Shown here in pieces: positions 1-9,475 of a stretch of 64,000 bases of DNA (position 1 is the first letter of the stretch; each line of letters starts with the position of its first letter). Below the pieces are notes generated by a model that saw only the letters and a program-made list of their open reading frames with translations, made no database searches and was not told where the DNA came from. The stretch comes from an uncultured Muribaculaceae bacterium (GTDB lineage Bacteria > Bacillota_I > Bacilli_A > RF39 > UBA660). A program made the position numbers and the translations under genes. The stretch is from positions 6,527-70,526 of the forward strand of contig CAZIYD010000001.1 in assembly GCA_964543375.1 (NCBI GenBank), given 5' to 3'.

Positions 1-333
1 TTGTGAAGCAGCAATTTGTCCTGTAAAATATTCTAAAGATTCGAGGTCTTGTCTAAATCTTTCTTTTAAAGTTTGATCTTTTTCCTCTATATATTTTTGT
101 TTTAAATCCGCTATTTGTTTGTTTAACATTTTTGATAAACTAGAAAATGGAACAGGTACGTGTTTTATTACTGTTTTTACTCCCGGCAAACTAGATAAAG
201 ATGATAAAAACCCTGTTTGAATAATTTTAGGATAAGATATAACTGTTAAAATAGTACAATACTTATCGCTTATCACAAACTCACTAGCTTTAAACTCCAA
301 ATCTTTTGGAGCAATTTCTGCTTTTATATTCAT
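1..333 (-). CDS. VirB4/TrsE-family conjugative ATPase, N-terminal part. Partial: start at 333, continues beyond position 1.
   Basis: Manual translation of revcomp 1..333 gives MNIKAEIAPKDLEFKASEFVISDKYCTILTVISYPKIIQTGFLSSLSSLPGVKTVIKHVPVP... The DKY..IL.V..YP......GWL-type block matches the conserved N-domain motif of Gram-positive VirB4 homologues. ATG at 331..333 overlaps the TGA of the upstream ORF (ATGA). Confidence 0.45.
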   Translation of the reverse strand, partial: MNIKAEIAPKDLEFKASEFVISDKYCTILTVISYPKIIQTGFLSSLSSLPGVKTVIKHVPVPFSSLSKMLNKQIADLKQKYIEEKDQTLKERFRQDLESLEYFTGQIAASQ

Positions 334-941
334 ATAGACATCACCGTCCTAAACTCGCTTTTTGCGCCCCCATTCAAGAAATTATCAAGTATAACCCTCA
401 AATCTTCATTTGTTGTTTGCGCAGAATTAATCTCACAATTTGCCAAATTATTAATTAATGATCTTATCTTTTTATCTATTAATTCAGGATTTTTTTCTTT
501 AAACAAAAGATAGTATTCTGTATCTACAACATTATTATTGATAAAATATTGTCCTTTATCCATATCTTCTAAAATCATTTTTCTTATTTGAGGCTTAATA
601 ACGTCATTATACAAGAGTTGAAGATGACTTAAATAAAGAGTTATATCTACTGGTCTATCTGCAATTATTATCCAAAATTCATATTCTATACTGTTGTAAA
701 ATGTTTTTAAATTCTCTATTATTCTATATTGAGAATCAATATCTAATATAAATATATTTTTGGGGCTTATTTTCACACCCGTTACCTTCTCATTATTGTC
801 TAAAACAATAGTTCCATTAGTAATTGCTTTTATTGGAACAAAACTTTCTGTACTCCTATTAGGTGTATTACCTTTTTTTTGTGAATTCATAAAATCCCCA
901 TCCTTTCCATAAATATTTTCTTTGATTCGTATAAAATCCAA
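330..941 (-). CDS. Conjugation-associated protein, 203 aa. Either a separate ORF or the N-terminal segment of a split VirB4.
   Basis: ORF track. The block ..IVLDNNEKVTGVKISPKNIFILDIDSQYRIIENLKTFYNSIEYEFWIII.. resembles the extreme N-terminal region of Gram-positive VirB4/TrsE proteins. Its 5' end overlaps the PrgI-like ORF, so the real start may be the internal Met at 890. Confidence 0.3.
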   Translation of the reverse strand: MDFIRIKENIYGKDGDFMNSQKKGNTPNRSTESFVPIKAITNGTIVLDNNEKVTGVKISPKNIFILDIDSQYRIIENLKTFYNSIEYEFWIIIADRPVDITLYLSHLQLLYNDVIKPQIRKMILEDMDKGQYFINNNVVDTEYYLLFKEKNPELIDKKIRSLINNLANCEINSAQTTNEDLRVILDNFLNGGAKSEFRTVMSI

Positions 942-1188
942 ACATAGAGAACAAAAAAGAAATTACATTGTGATAGTTTGGAATAGGCATTACTAGTAAT
1001 GCTGTAAATAATGCAGGAATTAGTACAATTATTGTTTGTATTACTGTTGCTGTACCTATTACTAGCAAAAATATAAAAGATGTTAATAAACCAATTCCAA
1101 ATATTCCTAAGTCTATAGGTCTAAATACGTTAAATATTAATTGTCCTTTCTTTGTATTCGCTGGTATCAAATATATGTCTCTTTTCAC
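868..1188 (-). CDS. PrgI/VirB3-like small membrane protein (106 aa, two transmembrane helices)
   Basis: Two hydrophobic helices, a PNYHN motif and a C-terminal ..RKYLWKGW.. Its position between the VirB6-like and VirB4-like genes matches the pCF10 prgH-prgI-prgJ order. RBS GGAGGGAAA lies upstream. Confidence 0.4.
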   Translation of the reverse strand: MKRDIYLIPANTKKGQLIFNVFRPIDLGIFGIGLLTSFIFLLVIGTATVIQTIIVLIPALFTALLVMPIPNYHNVISFLFSMFGFYTNQRKYLWKGWGFYEFTKKR

Positions 1189-1208
1189 TAGTTTCCCTCC
1201 TTATATTT

Positions 1209-3110
1209 TTAAGATAGAGTTTTTCCCATCTTAAACGCCATATCTGTTTTTGCATCTTTAGAATATGCTGGACTTTTTAGAAGTGTTTCCAAACCACCTT
1301 TTGTTTTTTCTAAAGTTTCTGTTTTTTCTGCTATGTTACTATTTACTGACATTAAGTCATTTATAGCAGTATCGTACTCTGTACTTCCAGGAGCAAAGCC
1401 TCTACTAATTACACTATCAAGTTCAGCTTGTTTTAAAATTTTCGTAGATGTTAGTGAAGATATTTCAATTTCAGTATCAAGAATAAAGTTTTTCTTTGAT
1501 GCAATTGTTTCTGAAAAGATTTTATTATTAAAGTCTTTTGCAATTTGTTGTTTGCCCGCAGTTTTAGCATAGCTTTTAAACGCTTCTTTATCAGCGGTAG
1601 TAGCACCAGGTGCTGTTGCTGCTGTTTTTAAAGTACTATAAGTTGCATCTCCAGCATAGTTGGAACTATCGTTAATAAATGTCTCTGTATAACGTTCCAT
1701 TTCTTTCATTAGGTCGGCCCCTTTTACTCTAGCATTATCATATTCTTTTTGTTTTTCCCATCTTTCTGCTTTAGCCTTTTCTCGTGCTTGATCTGCTTGT
1801 TTATAATTTACATCTTTTGGTGTTACCCTAGAACTCATAGGGCCATCTTTGGCACCTTTTTTCATACCTTCATTTGCAGACTTAAGTATATCCGAAGCAC
1901 CTCCGGTTATTGCCCCTCCAACATCGGTAACTTTTTTTAAACCTCTTGCAAATTTTCCTGGAGGTCTATCACCCATTGCCTTGTCCATTCCCCATTTTCC
2001 AAGCTGAGAAGCAACCCCTAAAGTTGCTGTTGCTGCACCAACACCAAAACCAAGTGCCCCTCCAACAATTCCTTTTATAGCTTTTGAATCTTCATTTGGC
2101 TTATATCCAAACAATTCTTCCAACATTTTTGGTGCGCTTTGCATAAAAGCTAAAATAGCTAAAATCAACAATATAGATGGTAATCCCCCTAACTCTCCAC
2201 CAAAATTTGTAACATCAATCTTAGAAAGCAAAGCTGTTAGCAAAAACAATATCGAAAGTCTTATAAACAAAGATAAATATACTTTTATTACTAACGCTAA
2301 CCATTTTGAAAAAATTCCCTTAGAAGCTGATGCCGGATCTATATAAGAAATTACAGCTATAGGGGAAACAATTTCCAAAACGAAAAGTTTCAAAGACCTT
2401 ACAGCAATTTCTACACCCATTTTTAAAAATGACATAAGCATCATTGCCCCAACTAATGTTGAAATTAACATCATATATGATATCTTATAACCAGCCTTTG
2501 TATGTGCTACCATTTGATCATTTTCATTTAAAATTCCTATATTAACACCATCTGTTTGGGATTTAAACTTTTCTATAGCTTCTCTGGATTTGTCATCACT
2601 TTGGTTTGTTTCGTTTATAAAAACAGCAAAAACAGTCCGTGCAAGTTCCGCACCCTCATTACCAGTAGATACCCCCCCATTTGCACTTTCAGAAAAAAGA
2701 CTATTTAAATAACCTTCATTTATTATTAAACTTTGCAAATTATACGTCATTCTAAAAATTGATGGCATTACAACTACCAAAACCAAAGTTATTAAGGAGT
2801 GTGTAAAAAGTTTTCCTAATCCTTTTTGTTTATCCCCTGCATAGTCTGGGTTTGCTATCATTGATATAATTGAAAAGGCAAGCTTAAACACCATGAAAAT
2901 TCCTAAAAATATATATATTTTTGAAACTATTATTGATACAATTTCTTCTTGTTGTATCGCGCCTCTAATATCTGCAAGCTCCAGAGATGCTGCATACAGT
3001 GGTTGAATCAAATTATATATTATTCCATCCAAAAACATGAATAGATATCTAAAAAGGTCTGTTACTATCCAAAATCTAAATGCAAAAATTGTGTTAATTA
3101 GAAAATCCAT
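1209..3110 (-). CDS. VirB6/TrbL-like polytopic membrane protein with a long Gly/Ala/Lys-rich hydrophilic C-terminal extension (633 aa)
   Basis: About 7 predicted transmembrane helices in the first 330 aa, then a charged coiled-coil/low-complexity tail. Own promoter (TGtTATAAT) and RBS GGAGGGG at 3111..3180. Confidence 0.4.
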   Translation of the reverse strand: MDFLINTIFAFRFWIVTDLFRYLFMFLDGIIYNLIQPLYAASLELADIRGAIQQEEIVSIIVSKIYIFLGIFMVFKLAFSIISMIANPDYAGDKQKGLGKLFTHSLITLVLVVVMPSIFRMTYNLQSLIINEGYLNSLFSESANGGVSTGNEGAELARTVFAVFINETNQSDDKSREAIEKFKSQTDGVNIGILNENDQMVAHTKAGYKISYMMLISTLVGAMMLMSFLKMGVEIAVRSLKLFVLEIVSPIAVISYIDPASASKGIFSKWLALVIKVYLSLFIRLSILFLLTALLSKIDVTNFGGELGGLPSILLILAILAFMQSAPKMLEELFGYKPNEDSKAIKGIVGGALGFGVGAATATLGVASQLGKWGMDKAMGDRPPGKFARGLKKVTDVGGAITGGASDILKSANEGMKKGAKDGPMSSRVTPKDVNYKQADQAREKAKAERWEKQKEYDNARVKGADLMKEMERYTETFINDSSNYAGDATYSTLKTAATAPGATTADKEAFKSYAKTAGKQQIAKDFNNKIFSETIASKKNFILDTEIEISSLTSTKILKQAELDSVISRGFAPGSTEYDTAINDLMSVNSNIAEKTETLEKTKGGLETLLKSPAYSKDAKTDMAFKMGKTLS

Positions 3111-3180
3111 ATATAGATAGCCCCTCCATTTACTTATTATATATATATGTTATTATAACACACTATAAATAATTATGCAT

Positions 3181-3207
3181 AAAAAAATTGTTGATTTATT
3201 CAACAAT
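3181..3207 (-). terminator. Rho-independent terminator downstream of the small pilin-like gene
   Basis: attgttga-tttat-tcaacaat hairpin. On the transcribed minus strand it is followed by a U-run (the A7 on the plus strand at 3181..3187). Confidence 0.45.
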
Positions 3208-3220
3208 CTTATATGTGTTT

Positions 3221-3574
3221 TTATCTATCGTTATCTTGACTTGGAGGTGCTTGTTCTTGAGTTCCACCGCCACCAACACTTGCAGTTCCGGCCGCATCCC
3301 AACAAATTGTCCACTCTGTTCCACCAACAATTCTAGTAAGCAACCTTATTATAATAAATAACAAGAATACCGCTACTGCTGCTCCTGCTCTTTTACCAAG
3401 CATTCCAGTTGCTGCCTTTATTGCTTTTTCATCTCCTGATGTTACTGCTTTAAGTAAATCAATTGTTCCCATTATAAGTAACACTATTGGTACAGCAATT
3501 TGTAATATTAAATATGCCAATTTAACATATCCTAATATTGTAAGTAAATCTGCATTGCTACAAACTCCGCTCAT
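3221..3574 (-). CDS. Small Ala/Gly-rich hydrophobic protein (117 aa); candidate pilin-like or VirB2-like subunit
   Basis: Two or three transmembrane helices and a Gly-rich C-terminus (GGGGTQEQAPPSQ). Local GC is noticeably higher than the surroundings. A terminator follows immediately. Confidence 0.3.
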   Translation of the reverse strand: MSGVCSNADLLTILGYVKLAYLILQIAVPIVLLIMGTIDLLKAVTSGDEKAIKAATGMLGKRAGAAVAVFLLFIIIRLLTRIVGGTEWTICWDAAGTASVGGGGTQEQAPPSQDNDR

Positions 3575-3639
3575 ATATGTTTTTCTCCTTCCATAATCTA
3601 TAAGATAATAATACTTTATTTTAATTAATTTGTCAATAA

Positions 3640-4614
3640 TTACGACTTGAAAATCCCAAGCATCTTATCTGAATTATTTTGAGCTTGTTTTGAAAAACCA
3701 AGTCTAGCAAGCAAACTATCTAAATTTCTGCTAAACATCCTATCATTTAAAGGTGGAATGCTGTAGTAAACTTTTGTTTTTGCTTCGTTCTCTAAATCAG
3801 AAACATCTTTTGTATTTAATAAACTTTTATTTAACACTATCTTTTTACCACTCATTTTACTAAACACATCGCCATGTCTTTTTATTAATTTATTAAGTTT
3901 TATAGTTGATGGTTCCATTAAATATAGAACATCGTTACAAAGTGTTTCATCACCACTTGCATTAAGATCAACAAGTATAACATCATACCTTGAACCCATT
4001 TTATTTATTTCATTAAAAAGGTCAGCATTTATAGTTGAATACATATCTCTATCGTTATAATAAATAAAATCTGTTTTATCAACCTCTATTGCCGCTACTC
4101 TGTAATTTAAAGACAATTGTTTTTTTAACATATATACTAATGATGTAGCCCCAGCATGAGCTGTTAAATTCTTTATTCCCAATATTTTAACTTTGTTTTC
4201 TATTACTTTATTTGTAACTTCTTTTGTTAAATTATCTAATTGGTGAATATGTGCAACATCCTTATATGTGTTTGTGTAATTAATTAAATGCAATATACCA
4301 TCTCTGTTTTTAGTGAAATTATAAATTCCTATAGATATCAATTTTGACAAAAACAAGGAAGATGATGCATTAGGGGTATCATCCAAAAGCAATATTACCT
4401 TATTCATATCCATATTTGCAGATAGTTTTTGCAAATTTGATAAATCTGAATAATTTTTTATTGCTGTAATGTCCAAAATCATCTTATTATAAAAAAAGTT
4501 AGAGAACATTTGTATTATTTCTTCAGATTCAAATACTCCGTTAACTTTCTTTATAATTTCAATATTCAATGAACTTATTTTATTATCAAAAAGATTTACT
4601 ACTGCTACGTTCAT
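3640..4614 (-). CDS. TadZ/CpaE-like protein: degenerate ParA/MinD-fold ATPase with a receiver-like N-domain
   Basis: KILGIKNLTAHAGATSLVYMLKKQL occupies the position of the deviant Walker A (KGGxGKT), and DVILVDLNASGDE that of the Walker B region. Lies inside the Tad-like gene set. Confidence 0.4.
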   Translation of the reverse strand: MNVAVVNLFDNKISSLNIEIIKKVNGVFESEEIIQMFSNFFYNKMILDITAIKNYSDLSNLQKLSANMDMNKVILLLDDTPNASSSLFLSKLISIGIYNFTKNRDGILHLINYTNTYKDVAHIHQLDNLTKEVTNKVIENKVKILGIKNLTAHAGATSLVYMLKKQLSLNYRVAAIEVDKTDFIYYNDRDMYSTINADLFNEINKMGSRYDVILVDLNASGDETLCNDVLYLMEPSTIKLNKLIKRHGDVFSKMSGKKIVLNKSLLNTKDVSDLENEAKTKVYYSIPPLNDRMFSRNLDSLLARLGFSKQAQNNSDKMLGIFKS

Positions 4615-4631
4615 TATTCCACCTTCTAAAT

Positions 4632-5051
4632 CTAATTTATTTTTGTTAAATCTTTTAGTACTGAAGTTTCACCACTAACTGGTGATTGCATAAATTTACC
4701 CACTATTGGGAAATCAAAAATAACATACGTTGTTACTACATAATAATACCCGCCGTTTTCAGCAACGACTTCTTTTATACAATAGTTATTAGTTTCATTT
4801 AAACATCCCGAATCCTCTTTTTTTATAGGACTGGAACCTCCATCATAATACTTTATGTTAATCAGATATTTCGCTATCGGTTCCTTTGCTTTGTCATATG
4901 TTTCATATTGTTCAAGGATGTGTACAATTTGATTCTTAGCTCTAAAGGTTGTAGCGTAGTTCATGCCAACTGCCATTATACCAATAAATATTAATATAAA
5001 TATCATTATAATTTGGAAAGTTAACGTTCCACCAATTGCTTCCTTCATCAC
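4632..5051 (-). CDS. TadE-like pseudopilin (139 aa), paralog 1
   Basis: N-terminal MKEAIGGTLTFQ followed by a hydrophobic helix, and a shared GGYYYVVTTYV motif with 5332..5751. Confidence 0.4.
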   Translation of the reverse strand: MMKEAIGGTLTFQIIMIFILIFIGIMAVGMNYATTFRAKNQIVHILEQYETYDKAKEPIAKYLINIKYYDGGSSPIKKEDSGCLNETNNYCIKEVVAENGGYYYVVTTYVIFDFPIVGKFMQSPVSGETSVLKDLTKIN

Positions 5052-5069
5052 TAATCACCCTTTCATAAA

Positions 5070-5240
5070 TTATAAAACTATATGATTTGTTACTCTTTCG
5101 CCAGTCTTTTTTACTCCGCCCCAGTCATCATTGATTTCTTTTTGTCTTCCATTCCACCATACCCAAAAAAATGCCAATACTGCGCCAACCGCAACAATTG
5201 TTATTATAGTTAAAGTTGTTTCTCCACTTGCCGCTTTCAT
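5070..5240 (-). CDS. Flp-like small pilin candidate (56 aa), absent from the ORF track
   Basis: Manual translation: MKAASGETTLTIITIVAVGAVLAFFWVWWNGRQKEINDDWGGVKKTGERVTNHIVL. Strong RBS (AGGAGGTG 5 nt upstream). Leader, then Gly, then a hydrophobic helix. Lies between the two TadE-like genes. Confidence 0.35.
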   Translation of the reverse strand: MKAASGETTLTIITIVAVGAVLAFFWVWWNGRQKEINDDWGGVKKTGERVTNHIVL

Positions 5241-5331
5241 TTGTACACCTCCTTCCTCATATGCTTATATAAATTATACATTAGCAATTTTATTTTTTCA
5301 AGTTTTATGTTACTTAGTTTACGCTTTGTTT

Positions 5332-5751
5332 TTACAAATTATTCAGTCTCCCCATTATTTGAGTTTCGCCTTTTACGGGCAAGTTGGCAATCTTTCCTAT
5401 CATTGGAAAATTTATAGTAACATACGTTGTTACTACATAATAATACCCACCCGTAGTTAATGATTTTTTTTCTATACAATAGTTTGTTGTATTATTTAAA
5501 CAAACACTGCCTCCATTTTTATTTAAATCTGTATTTTTAGAGCCTCCATAATAATTGATTTTTGACAAATATTCTTCTATGTTTTGAGAGGCATCCTCAT
5601 ATATCTCTTTATCTTGCAATATAGTTAATATTTGATTTTTAACTCTGAAAGTTACCGCATAATTTATACCCATCGCCATTAATCCCATATATATAACAAC
5701 AAATAGCATCATTAATTGAAATAAAAGTGTTCCACCAATTGCGGTTTTCAT
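5332..5751 (-). CDS. TadE-like pseudopilin (139 aa), paralog 2
   Basis: Same architecture and GGYYYVVTTYV motif as 4632..5051. Confidence 0.4.
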   Translation of the reverse strand: MKTAIGGTLLFQLMMLFVVIYMGLMAMGINYAVTFRVKNQILTILQDKEIYEDASQNIEEYLSKINYYGGSKNTDLNKNGGSVCLNNTTNYCIEKKSLTTGGYYYVVTTYVTINFPMIGKIANLPVKGETQIMGRLNNL

Positions 5752-5769
5752 TATTAATCACCCTTTCTT

Positions 5770-6561
5770 TTATATGCCCATTCCACCAAAGTTACTCATC
5801 ATAGCAAACATTAATACTGCCATTACCCCTAGACCAACTATGGTCATCATCATCATACCTTTATTTTCCATTTTATCCAAACGCTCTTTATATCTAGTAC
5901 TTCTAGATTTATTTTGTAATGATGATACACTCTTAGAGAACATTATTAATTGTTCGTGTTTATCATCTTGGGAACCAAGAGAAAGTCTATATAGTAATCT
6001 CATCATTCTAATAGAGTCAGAAACGGGATATTTTTTAGCAAAATCCATATATGGCTCTACCGTAGAGTTACCAGCATTTATTTTGGCAATTAACTCTCTT
6101 AAACCTGGTCTAAAGACTTCTGGTGAACTATCTATAGATCTGGCTATCGCAACTGGTATAGTGTAGTGTTGTGATAATATTTCTAAACCCTTTAAGAAAT
6201 ATGGTAATTGTAAGTCTATTTCGTGAAGGTGTCTTTTGTAATAAGATCTAACACTAGAATAACCCTGTTTAAATATTAAATATCCAAGTACAAAAGCAGC
6301 AATTAAATTTATAAAATTCATATTGTTAAGGAATAAGAATACAAAAACTAGTATCGCTATTATTGCGTTTCTTATTCTTTTTCCATATTCTTTATCTACA
6401 TTTACGTTTTCTCCATATTTTGAAATTAAAAAGAACTCGTAATCATCTTCCATTAATCCTTTAAAATACTCTTGGTTATCATCCATGAATTTTTTTCCAC
6501 TAATCAATTTATGACTTTGAAAAACAATAAAAAGTATAATTAATAATATAATAAATTCCAT
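5770..6561 (-). CDS. TadC-like platform protein (GspF-domain family)
   Basis: 263 aa. N-terminal, central and C-terminal transmembrane segments. Paired with the upstream TadB-like gene (4-nt overlap at 6561). Confidence 0.5.
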   Translation of the reverse strand: MEFIILLIILFIVFQSHKLISGKKFMDDNQEYFKGLMEDDYEFFLISKYGENVNVDKEYGKRIRNAIIAILVFVFLFLNNMNFINLIAAFVLGYLIFKQGYSSVRSYYKRHLHEIDLQLPYFLKGLEILSQHYTIPVAIARSIDSSPEVFRPGLRELIAKINAGNSTVEPYMDFAKKYPVSDSIRMMRLLYRLSLGSQDDKHEQLIMFSKSVSSLQNKSRSTRYKERLDKMENKGMMMMTIVGLGVMAVLMFAMMSNFGGMGI

Positions 6562-7457
6562 TACTCAGCACCCACATTCTCGTTATAATATTTTTCTCCA
6601 CTTATAAGAAAATAACTATTCGTCAACACTATAGCATGTAGTATAGCACTAACCATAATATCATCTAAAAGTTCAATATAAGAGTTTACACCTAATAAAT
6701 ATTGAACTAACATGACCATAAAATATAGTGCTACCCCAAGCTTTATAAAAGATTTGTGGAATGTTTTTCTATCAATTCTATCTCTGTAAACAGCCTCAAC
6801 TAGTGTGTCTATATCTACAAGCATAGCATCAAGGGCATCATCTGTATCTAACGATCCCTCTTTTGTTATTTGTAAAAACAATTGATGCATATTTCTAACC
6901 ATATAATAATCATATTTTGAATTCATATATGCTATAGATTCATCTATAGAGCCATTTTCATAAGATAAATCTATCATGTGTTTAACATCTGAAAGAACCG
7001 GATCTTCAAGTATCCCGGATGAGTAAACTCCCTCCAAGGCGTTTACAAAAGATTGAGTAACAGAAAATTCCATTATGGTGTTTGTAGTATAAACTTGAAT
7101 TTGTTCAAATAAATACTCACTATAAATTCTTTTGTATTTTAAATAAGCTAAATAAGGTACTACAAGTACAGCTAAAACCACATATATTATTGATACAAAT
7201 ATACTATAAAAATAAAGATAGGATATTACTGCAGCACCACCACCAAACATTATTACTTGAGAAACATACTCTTTAGTTGAATAATCAAGTCCTAAAGTTT
7301 TTACCTTTTCACTTATTTTTTTAAACGAATACGGACTTATTTTTTCATATAAATCTCCGGCTTGTTTCATTATAAATTTATAAGAGTTTTCGCCTGTGCT
7401 TTGTCTATAGAAAAGAACAAATAAAGCAATAACTATCAAAACTATAAGAACCCACAT
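6561..7457 (-). CDS. TadB-like platform protein (GspF-domain family)
   Basis: 298 aa with the same topology. Sits immediately downstream of the CpaF-like ATPase. Confidence 0.5.
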   Translation of the reverse strand: MWVLIVLIVIALFVLFYRQSTGENSYKFIMKQAGDLYEKISPYSFKKISEKVKTLGLDYSTKEYVSQVIMFGGGAAVISYLYFYSIFVSIIYVVLAVLVVPYLAYLKYKRIYSEYLFEQIQVYTTNTIMEFSVTQSFVNALEGVYSSGILEDPVLSDVKHMIDLSYENGSIDESIAYMNSKYDYYMVRNMHQLFLQITKEGSLDTDDALDAMLVDIDTLVEAVYRDRIDRKTFHKSFIKLGVALYFMVMLVQYLLGVNSYIELLDDIMVSAILHAIVLTNSYFLISGEKYYNENVGAE

Positions 7458-7471
7458 ATAACACCTTCTTT

Positions 7472-8548
7472 CTACAGAATTTCTTCTGTTTCATTATTTA
7501 TAAATATATTACTTTCTAAATTTACCCCTTGTGCCGATAAATAATTAATTAAATATTTTGTTGGATTAGACAAGAAAACTTGACCCTCCATTGTTTTTCT
7601 ATATATTGTATTGTGATTTGCAATATTATTCTCATCAACATAAAATTCACAGACTTCACAAACCTCACGAACAAATCTTTTTGTTTCTTTATCTTGATAA
7701 CCCCTTATATGAACACCAAGTTGCACATATCTATGTATTGATTTTAAAAACTGATCTATATCGATATTGGTTTCTAGTAAACTATACATACGAGATGGTA
7801 TGCTTTCTGCTTTATCAGAGTGAATTGTAGATATTATATTATGTCCTGACGATATAGAGTTACGCACAGCCATTACAGCCTCTGCAGAACGAACTTCAGA
7901 TAAAAGTATCCATCTTGGATTTTGTCTCATACAAGTAACTAAAACTTCACTATAAGAAGCTATATTATTAGTTTTCATAGAAACAATATCTCTTTCCGGA
8001 AATATTCTATCCAAATGAAGTTCTAATGTATCCTCTATTGTTATTAATTTTTCATTTTCCAAAGTATGTGATGCCAAATATTTAAGAAACTCTGTCTTAC
8101 CAGAACCAGTTTCACCACTTACTATTATATTGCAGTGTCCAGAAACACATCTAAGTAAAAAGTCATGAATTTCTTCTGTTATATACTTTTCTTCTAATAT
8201 TTTCTCTTTCTTGAGTCTAATTTTAGCAGGAGTTTTACGCATAAGCATAGCAACTCCATTTCTAGCAATAGAATCATGAATGAAATTCAAACGGAGTTCT
8301 GCACTTTCAGCATCAAGAAAAGGATGAGCCATATTAAATGTCTTGCCCATCATATTAGAACATTGAAACGCCAACTTTTCTATTATTGCATTATTAACAT
8401 CTTGAACTTCAGCTCTATATACACCCTTAGATAATGATTTTAACCATAACTGACCACTATTACTATAAGAAACGTCTGTTATATCATCGTCATCTAAAAA
8501 TCTTGCTAAAGGACCAAAGTCTACGTTATTGAACATATTATTGTCCAT
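7472..8548 (-). CDS. CpaF/TadA-type secretion ATPase (VirB11/GspE superfamily)
   Basis: Walker A IIVSGETGSGKTEFL, Walker B-like ILLSEVR, 358 aa. Confidence 0.75.
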   Translation of the reverse strand: MDNNMFNNVDFGPLARFLDDDDITDVSYSNSGQLWLKSLSKGVYRAEVQDVNNAIIEKLAFQCSNMMGKTFNMAHPFLDAESAELRLNFIHDSIARNGVAMLMRKTPAKIRLKKEKILEEKYITEEIHDFLLRCVSGHCNIIVSGETGSGKTEFLKYLASHTLENEKLITIEDTLELHLDRIFPERDIVSMKTNNIASYSEVLVTCMRQNPRWILLSEVRSAEAVMAVRNSISSGHNIISTIHSDKAESIPSRMYSLLETNIDIDQFLKSIHRYVQLGVHIRGYQDKETKRFVREVCEVCEFYVDENNIANHNTIYRKTMEGQVFLSNPTKYLINYLSAQGVNLESNIFINNETEEIL

Positions 8549-8574
8549 ATACTCATCCCCTTTTTGCTTTTATT

Positions 8575-9396
8575 TTATTCTTCCGTTGTCACATCTGGTA
8601 AATCATCTTCAGATATTAAACTGGTATTAATTTCTATAAATGTTTTAAGTTCTTGATTTCCTATTACTGGTGTTAGGTTAGCATTTGCGTCTTTATAAGA
8701 TCTTGTTGTAGGAACAGGTACCAACTCTGCTGATATCTCTCTTACATTACTTAAATATAGTGCCTTTCTTAACAATAAGTGTATTTCTTCTGGAACCGCA
8801 AATAAAAGAATACTTGGAGTTCTAGAATCTTCAGTATTTTCAAACACATGTTGACCATTACTATCCTTAACTGCTAAAATCTTAATGTCTTGAACTAACT
8901 TTCCATATAAAATTTTGCCATCAGCATCTAGTGCTTTTAAATAAATGTCTACATAATTATTAGGGAATATTGAATTACCATATGTTTTTTCAACATCCAC
9001 CGGTAAGTTAAATGCAGTAAAACCATCTCTAATGTTTATAAATGCAGAATCTGGCAATCTATCTTCTGTTATAATATTATCCTCAAAAAACAAACTACCA
9101 TATGGTATGTATGCATTATAACTAGACCATTTACCAATTATAAGATTTGGATTTGTTATTATTTTCCCTTTTATCATTGCTGGTGGAACCTTCATCAAAC
9201 CTATCTTATCTTCTGTTATTCTTTCTCTAGGTTGAATTGGTACCTTAGCAAAAGGCACATCTATTGGATTTATTGCTTGATTTACTCTAAAATTATAACC
9301 AAAGTATATTACAAGTACTCCAAGTACAACACCAAGAATAGTGACTGTGTTCTTATTTTGAAAGAACTTTTTTAATTTAAAACTTAAATTTCCCAT
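8575..9396 (-). CDS. CpaB/RcpC-like Flp pilus assembly protein
   Basis: N-terminal transmembrane segment (TVTILGVVLGVLVIYFG), a SAF-like middle region and an RcpC-like C-terminus (ILAVKDSNG...LLFAVPEE..LLLRKAL). Confidence 0.4.
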   Translation of the reverse strand: MGNLSFKLKKFFQNKNTVTILGVVLGVLVIYFGYNFRVNQAINPIDVPFAKVPIQPRERITEDKIGLMKVPPAMIKGKIITNPNLIIGKWSSYNAYIPYGSLFFEDNIITEDRLPDSAFINIRDGFTAFNLPVDVEKTYGNSIFPNNYVDIYLKALDADGKILYGKLVQDIKILAVKDSNGQHVFENTEDSRTPSILLFAVPEEIHLLLRKALYLSNVREISAELVPVPTTRSYKDANANLTPVIGNQELKTFIEINTSLISEDDLPDVTTEE

Positions 9397-9475
9397 TTTA
9401 TTCTCCTTCTATGCTATTATGTAATAATAGTATCATAAAATTATAAAAGTTTCTACTAATTTTATTAAAATTTAT

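Noticed and set aside
5131-5460. Plus-strand 109-aa ORF
   Set aside because: It lies antisense across the Flp-like mini-ORF and the TadE-like paralog. The composition is hydrophobic and low-complexity, typical of the shadow frame of an AT-rich membrane gene.
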